Virus record (IMG/VR): IMGVR_UViG_3300016265_000464
Location: 1-29,356 of that record
Origin: a virus
Taxonomy: Duplodnaviria; Caudoviricetes
Strand: one strand, 5' to 3'
DNA: 29,356 bases
Translations under genes and position numbers: made by a program
Notes under the pieces: generated by a model
What the model was told of the DNA's origin: nothing
The model's input: only the letters and a program-made list of their open reading frames with translations
The model's database searches: none
Shown: piece after piece, positions 25,926 through 29,356 of the stretch
How positions within the stretch are numbered: position 1 is the first letter of the stretch
How the letters are laid out: each line of letters starts with the position of its first letter

Positions 25926-26443
25926 ATTTCTTTTATTTTTTTCTTGTAGGTGTCTATTATTTCTTTCAGCTCTTCAATGGTAAACTTTCGTGTTTTCGTA
26001 GCTTCTGCACTCAGTCTTTCAAATTCTTCTGCTCCTAACTTGGTTAAAAGATTTTCTCTGTACTGGATCAAATTACCGGATAGATAAGTATTACACGCTT
26101 CACATTGTAGATGTACGTTACGTTCGTCAAATCTTACTGACCAATGGTTATTGGCATTGAAGAAGTGTCCAGCATTCTCCTTTTTAGGCTTTTGGTTACA
26201 GCTGATACAGTTACTATTTTTATCTCGTAATCTTATATATTTATTAAATACTTGCTGCGCTATTTTTACGTAGTCTTGAACTGTCATTAAGTCCTTTTTT
26301 AACTGCGCTTTTTTCTTTGTCCACTGCTTTGTTTTTACGTCGTTTATCCATGCCGTTACGCAGTCAGGATCAAAGCAGTTTTTTTGTAACGTTGTATAGG
26401 GCATAAATTCCGATTTACAATATTTGCACTTTCGTTTTTTCAT
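25922..26443 (-). CDS. ninG: NinG/Rap-family recombination endonuclease
   Basis: CKYC..., FNKYIRLRD, CISC, NAGHF, RFDERNVHLQCEACN.YLSGN. Confidence 0.93.
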   Translation of the reverse strand: MKKRKCKYCKSEFMPYTTLQKNCFDPDCVTAWINDVKTKQWTKKKAQLKKDLMTVQDYVKIAQQVFNKYIRLRDKNSNCISCNQKPKKENAGHFFNANNHWSVRFDERNVHLQCEACNTYLSGNLIQYRENLLTKLGAEEFERLSAEATKTRKFTIEELKEIIDTYKKKIKEI

Positions 26444-26889
26444 ATTACATGGTATTTTTCTTTTGCTTTTAAATATGCGTTTTTCGCTTGTTCCTCAGTA
26501 TCAAAATAGCCCAAATGAATTACATTCCAATTAACGTAAATTTGCGCTCTATACTTGCCTTCTCGTGCATTGTAATAATATCCCTTTGCCGTTTTTCTAT
26601 TCCATTGATTTTGCTGAGGTGTAACGCTTCTAAGATTGATTATTCGGTTGTCATCACGAACTCCGTTAATGTGGTCTAGTTCCTCTACTAATTCATTAAA
26701 GCATAACCACCATGCATATTGGTGAGCAAATAGATTTTCGTTTTTACCTTGTATTTTTAAATTGATAGCTACATATCCTTTATGCCTACGTGTAATTTCC
26801 TTGCCTTTAATTCCATAAACCTTTCCAGTCAAAGGATCATATTTAAAACCTCGTTCTTTTGCGTACTTGCATTTTTCTTCTCGTGTCAT
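26440..26889 (-). CDS. HNH endonuclease with AP2-like DNA-binding domain
   Basis: LDHINGVRDDNRIINLR; KYRAQI....IHLGYFDTEEQAKNAY. Confidence 0.92.
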   Translation of the reverse strand: MTREEKCKYAKERGFKYDPLTGKVYGIKGKEITRRHKGYVAINLKIQGKNENLFAHQYAWWLCFNELVEELDHINGVRDDNRIINLRSVTPQQNQWNRKTAKGYYYNAREGKYRAQIYVNWNVIHLGYFDTEEQAKNAYLKAKEKYHVI

Positions 26890-27173
26890 AACTCCATGTC
26901 TATTTCATTCGACTTTAGTTTATCTATCTCATACTTCAATTCCATGTTTTCCTTATGGTAGTTAAAGTTTAATCTTTTGAGCATCCGATTTTCGTTATCT
27001 AACTCCTTAAAAACGGACATAGCTTCTCTTATACCTTCTAAGTGTTTAGACATTGAATTTATTAAATCTGTTCTTTCCGGGTGTTTCGTTTTTATGTCGT
27101 CTAATGATATAGCTAAAGCATAGGAAGCTACATTTAAATTAGAGTATGCCAGTTGTATAGTTATTTCATCCAT
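26886..27173 (-). CDS. hypothetical coiled-coil protein
   Basis: 95 aa, coupled in the replication operon. Confidence 0.7.
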   Translation of the reverse strand: MDEITIQLAYSNLNVASYALAISLDDIKTKHPERTDLINSMSKHLEGIREAMSVFKELDNENRMLKRLNFNYHKENMELKYEIDKLKSNEIDMEL

Positions 27174-27175
27174 GA

Positions 27176-28141
27176 TTAAAAAGGTATTTGATCGTCTGTT
27201 AAAGGTGTAAAATTACTTGATTCGTTTTTATGACGTTCGGCATATACTCTATTACCCCAATAATCAACATAGTAATATTGATATTTTTCAACGTCTAAGA
27301 ATAAAGTATAGACTCCGTTTTTTGAAACTCCTTTAGGTTTAGACTTGGCTATTCTTATTTGTAATTCATTATGTGCATACGGCTCTCCGTTTTCATTCAT
27401 TAACCCGGAAGGTGGTCTCCATAAAGTTAAAACACACAAACCCTTTCTAAACCAAACCTGACCACCTGCTAAATCACGTGCCGAAGCTGGAGGATAATAT
27501 ACAATTGTATCCTGTTTTATTGGTGTTTGGTCTCTTACGTGAGTTATTATGCAATTATGCCTATTCGTTTTTCGTGCGTTCTTTCTTGCATAACCTAAAA
27601 TTCTACTTAGGTATTTATCTTCCCTTCCTAAATCATTCGGTTTAAATTCTTCTGTTAGTTCATTCCAAGGATCAATAGTCGTTGTATGTATCGTTTTTTC
27701 AAAGTCTCTTTCCATTTTGTCTATTAGATCATAAAAAGATTCAACAGTCAAATCTTCGTCTACCGGGTCAATTACAAAAAAATGCTCGTTAATAAAATAC
27801 TCAGCACGTACACGCTCTACTTCTGTCATTTCATCCTGACCTTTAATAAACTTTTTGCCTATGTACTTATGGCATAATTCAGAATAAATATCTGTAGCGT
27901 CTCCAGTCTCAGGTGAGAATATGACATGATTCCATCCATGCAAACACGAAAGATTAATTAATAACTCAAACCAAAACTCTGTCTTTCCACTTGCTGGAGC
28001 TGCTCCAATGTAAGTAGTACATCCTAACTTTACTGAGTATGGAAGAAACTCCCAATTAAAACCAATGTACGCTCCACGTTCAATTCCTTTTTCTCTAAGG
28101 TGATCTAATTGTTGTTTACAGTCTTCAAGTCGTTTATACAT
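27176..28141 (-). CDS. SF4 (DnaB/gp4-like) replicative helicase
   Basis: Walker A GAAPASGKT, FSPE, Walker B TIDPWNEL, IITH, DLAGG, KSK. Confidence 0.85.
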   Translation of the reverse strand: MYKRLEDCKQQLDHLREKGIERGAYIGFNWEFLPYSVKLGCTTYIGAAPASGKTEFWFELLINLSCLHGWNHVIFSPETGDATDIYSELCHKYIGKKFIKGQDEMTEVERVRAEYFINEHFFVIDPVDEDLTVESFYDLIDKMERDFEKTIHTTTIDPWNELTEEFKPNDLGREDKYLSRILGYARKNARKTNRHNCIITHVRDQTPIKQDTIVYYPPASARDLAGGQVWFRKGLCVLTLWRPPSGLMNENGEPYAHNELQIRIAKSKPKGVSKNGVYTLFLDVEKYQYYYVDYWGNRVYAERHKNESSNFTPLTDDQIPF

Positions 28142-28743
28142 CAGTCAAAGATTATAGGGTGAAATGCTTTAATCATTTTTGGTTCATCCGTTTTTATCTC
28201 GTCTTCCCAATGCTTACCATTTAACCATGTAGCTGGATGTTTACGGAATTGTTTATCGGGTGTAGCTTTATTGTATTGTTTAGCTTGGTTAATTATGGTT
28301 TCATATAACTCAGGTTTAATTTTACTGAATATAGAATAAGACTTATCTCTACCTACCTTCTTATCATAAGCATCCCAAAATAAATCAAATGCACTATCTA
28401 TTATTTCTTTATTATTTACTTCTTTATTATTTACTCTATGGGTTTCTTTAAGGGTGGGTTTATGGGGGTCTTTAAGGGTGTCTAAGTTATCTTTCTGATT
28501 TTCAACCCTTTTTAAATAGCCTTCTGCTCCAAATTTCTTTGCTTCAATTACGATATTCATAGTTTTTTTGTAATTATCAAAGTATTTTTTTACAATTTTC
28601 TTTTTTATTTGTATTTCTCTACCTTGATAAAACTCTGTAACAGCATAAAGCCAAAGAGTATAATCTGAAATATTATCAAAGAATTCTTTAGCATATACTA
28701 AATCTTCAATATTAATTTTTACGAATGGTTTTTTAGAACTCAT
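28141..28743 (-). CDS. putative replication initiator/replisome organizer
   Basis: C-domain FDLFWDAYDKK...KHPATWLN..WEDE; repeat-rich linker; directly upstream of the helicase. Confidence 0.78.
   Translation of the reverse strand: MSSKKPFVKINIEDLVYAKEFFDNISDYTLWLYAVTEFYQGREIQIKKKIVKKYFDNYKKTMNIVIEAKKFGAEGYLKRVENQKDNLDTLKDPHKPTLKETHRVNNKEVNNKEIIDSAFDLFWDAYDKKVGRDKSYSIFSKIKPELYETIINQAKQYNKATPDKQFRKHPATWLNGKHWEDEIKTDEPKMIKAFHPIIFD
28406..28487. repeat. iteron-like repeats plus AT-rich duplication (putative origin)
   Basis: Four 12-bp-period GGG units at 28440-28487; TCTTTATTATTTACT twice at 28406-28435. Confidence 0.55.
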
Positions 28744-28946
28744 GGCTTAATACATTGAATGTGGTTAATATTAATCCTTATTCTAAAATCAGTATCAACA
28801 CCAGCATATTTCTGCATCTGTTTTAATTCGATATTATTTTCTGTTAACTCAACCCAATCTCCTGACCTTTCTTTTTTAATTACTTGCTCATACGTTTCTT
28901 CTACGTTTATTACTCCGTTTGTTAAAATAATTTTTGCCATAATCAT
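28740..28946 (-). CDS. hypothetical protein
   Basis: 68 aa, ATGA-coupled to the initiator gene. Confidence 0.65.
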   Translation of the reverse strand: MIMAKIILTNGVINVEETYEQVIKKERSGDWVELTENNIELKQMQKYAGVDTDFRIRININHIQCIKP

Positions 28947-28960
28947 AATAATTTATAAAT

Positions 28961-29067
28961 AAAAAACCCGACCATTCTACTCGAGGCTTCCACATCTCTT
29001 TCAAATAATCGGGTAATAATTCTTTTTAAGTTACTATAACGTGGAAGCGTAACCGTTTACAAATATA
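28961..29067 (-). ncRNA. candidate leader attenuator of the replication operon: promoter, 5' hairpin and terminator with complementary loops
   Basis: Loop GCTTCCAC is complementary to GTGGAAGC at the apex of the ACCCGATTATT/AATGGTCGGGT-U6 terminator. Confidence 0.65.
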
Positions 29068-29069
29068 AA

Positions 29070-29354
29070 CTAATTTTTCTTTTTAAGAACGATAGGAGTT
29101 AAAAAACTGCATCCCAGCCGATGACCTAAACAATGAACATACTCTATTTCATTCTTTGCGTTCTTAGAATTCTTTAGATAAACAATCGTATCAAAATCAA
29201 AGAAGTTTAAATCCTTGCTTCTGTTTACTCGTTCACCGCATAGATAACCAAACAAAGAGTAATGTCTTGGGTTTACTTCAGCTGGGAAACTCTCTAGTTT
29301 AACCTCTACTGATCTGTATCGGTTTTCGTATTTCCGTAGTGTAATAGTCTTCAT
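29070..29354 (-). CDS. hypothetical early protein
   Basis: 94 aa ORF, co-oriented. Confidence 0.6.
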   Translation of the reverse strand: MKTITLRKYENRYRSVEVKLESFPAEVNPRHYSLFGYLCGERVNRSKDLNFFDFDTIVYLKNSKNAKNEIEYVHCLGHRLGCSFLTPIVLKKKN

Positions 29355-29356
29355 AG

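Larger units (their letters stand above)
1..29356 (-). mobile_element. Tailed dsDNA bacteriophage genome (siphovirus-like, probable Bacteroidota host), apparently complete
   Basis: Replication, recombination, packaging, head, tail and lysis modules are all present and co-oriented; no host housekeeping genes; both ends fall in an intergenic gap. Confidence 0.93.

Noticed and set aside
4106-26889. Group I introns or inteins around the HNH genes
   Set aside because: All four HNH genes lie between genes and the flanking genes are intact; no intron core elements were recognised.
1-29356. Alternative genetic code or stop-codon reassignment
   Set aside because: Genes are full-length and densely packed under the standard bacterial code.

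Overview
The window looks like an essentially complete, probably circularly permuted ~29.4 kb tailed dsDNA phage (siphovirus-like, AT-rich). The host is most likely Bacteroidota/Flavobacteria: TAnnTTTG promoters recur and there is a DUF3127-type SSB. Almost all genes are on the minus strand. In transcription order (right to left) they are: replication initiator with internal iteron-like repeats, SF4 helicase, NinG, ERF, exonuclease, SSB, an HTH protein, an ECF-like sigma factor, terminase, a frameshifting tail chaperone, tail genes, tape measure, prohead protease, scaffold, major capsid, tail tube, portal, receptor-binding proteins, holin and a putative YkuD-like lysin. Four free-standing HNH endonuclease genes are interspersed. 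No integrase or DNA polymerase was recognised. The most unusual signals are non-coding: (1) an attC-like array with an ORF-less cassette, (2) two leader elements where a 5' hairpin loop is complementary to a downstream terminator loop, and (3) a six-copy AAC-N16-AGTTA late-promoter motif, four copies exactly 7 nt before an ATG. All calls come from reading motifs by eye; no database search was run.
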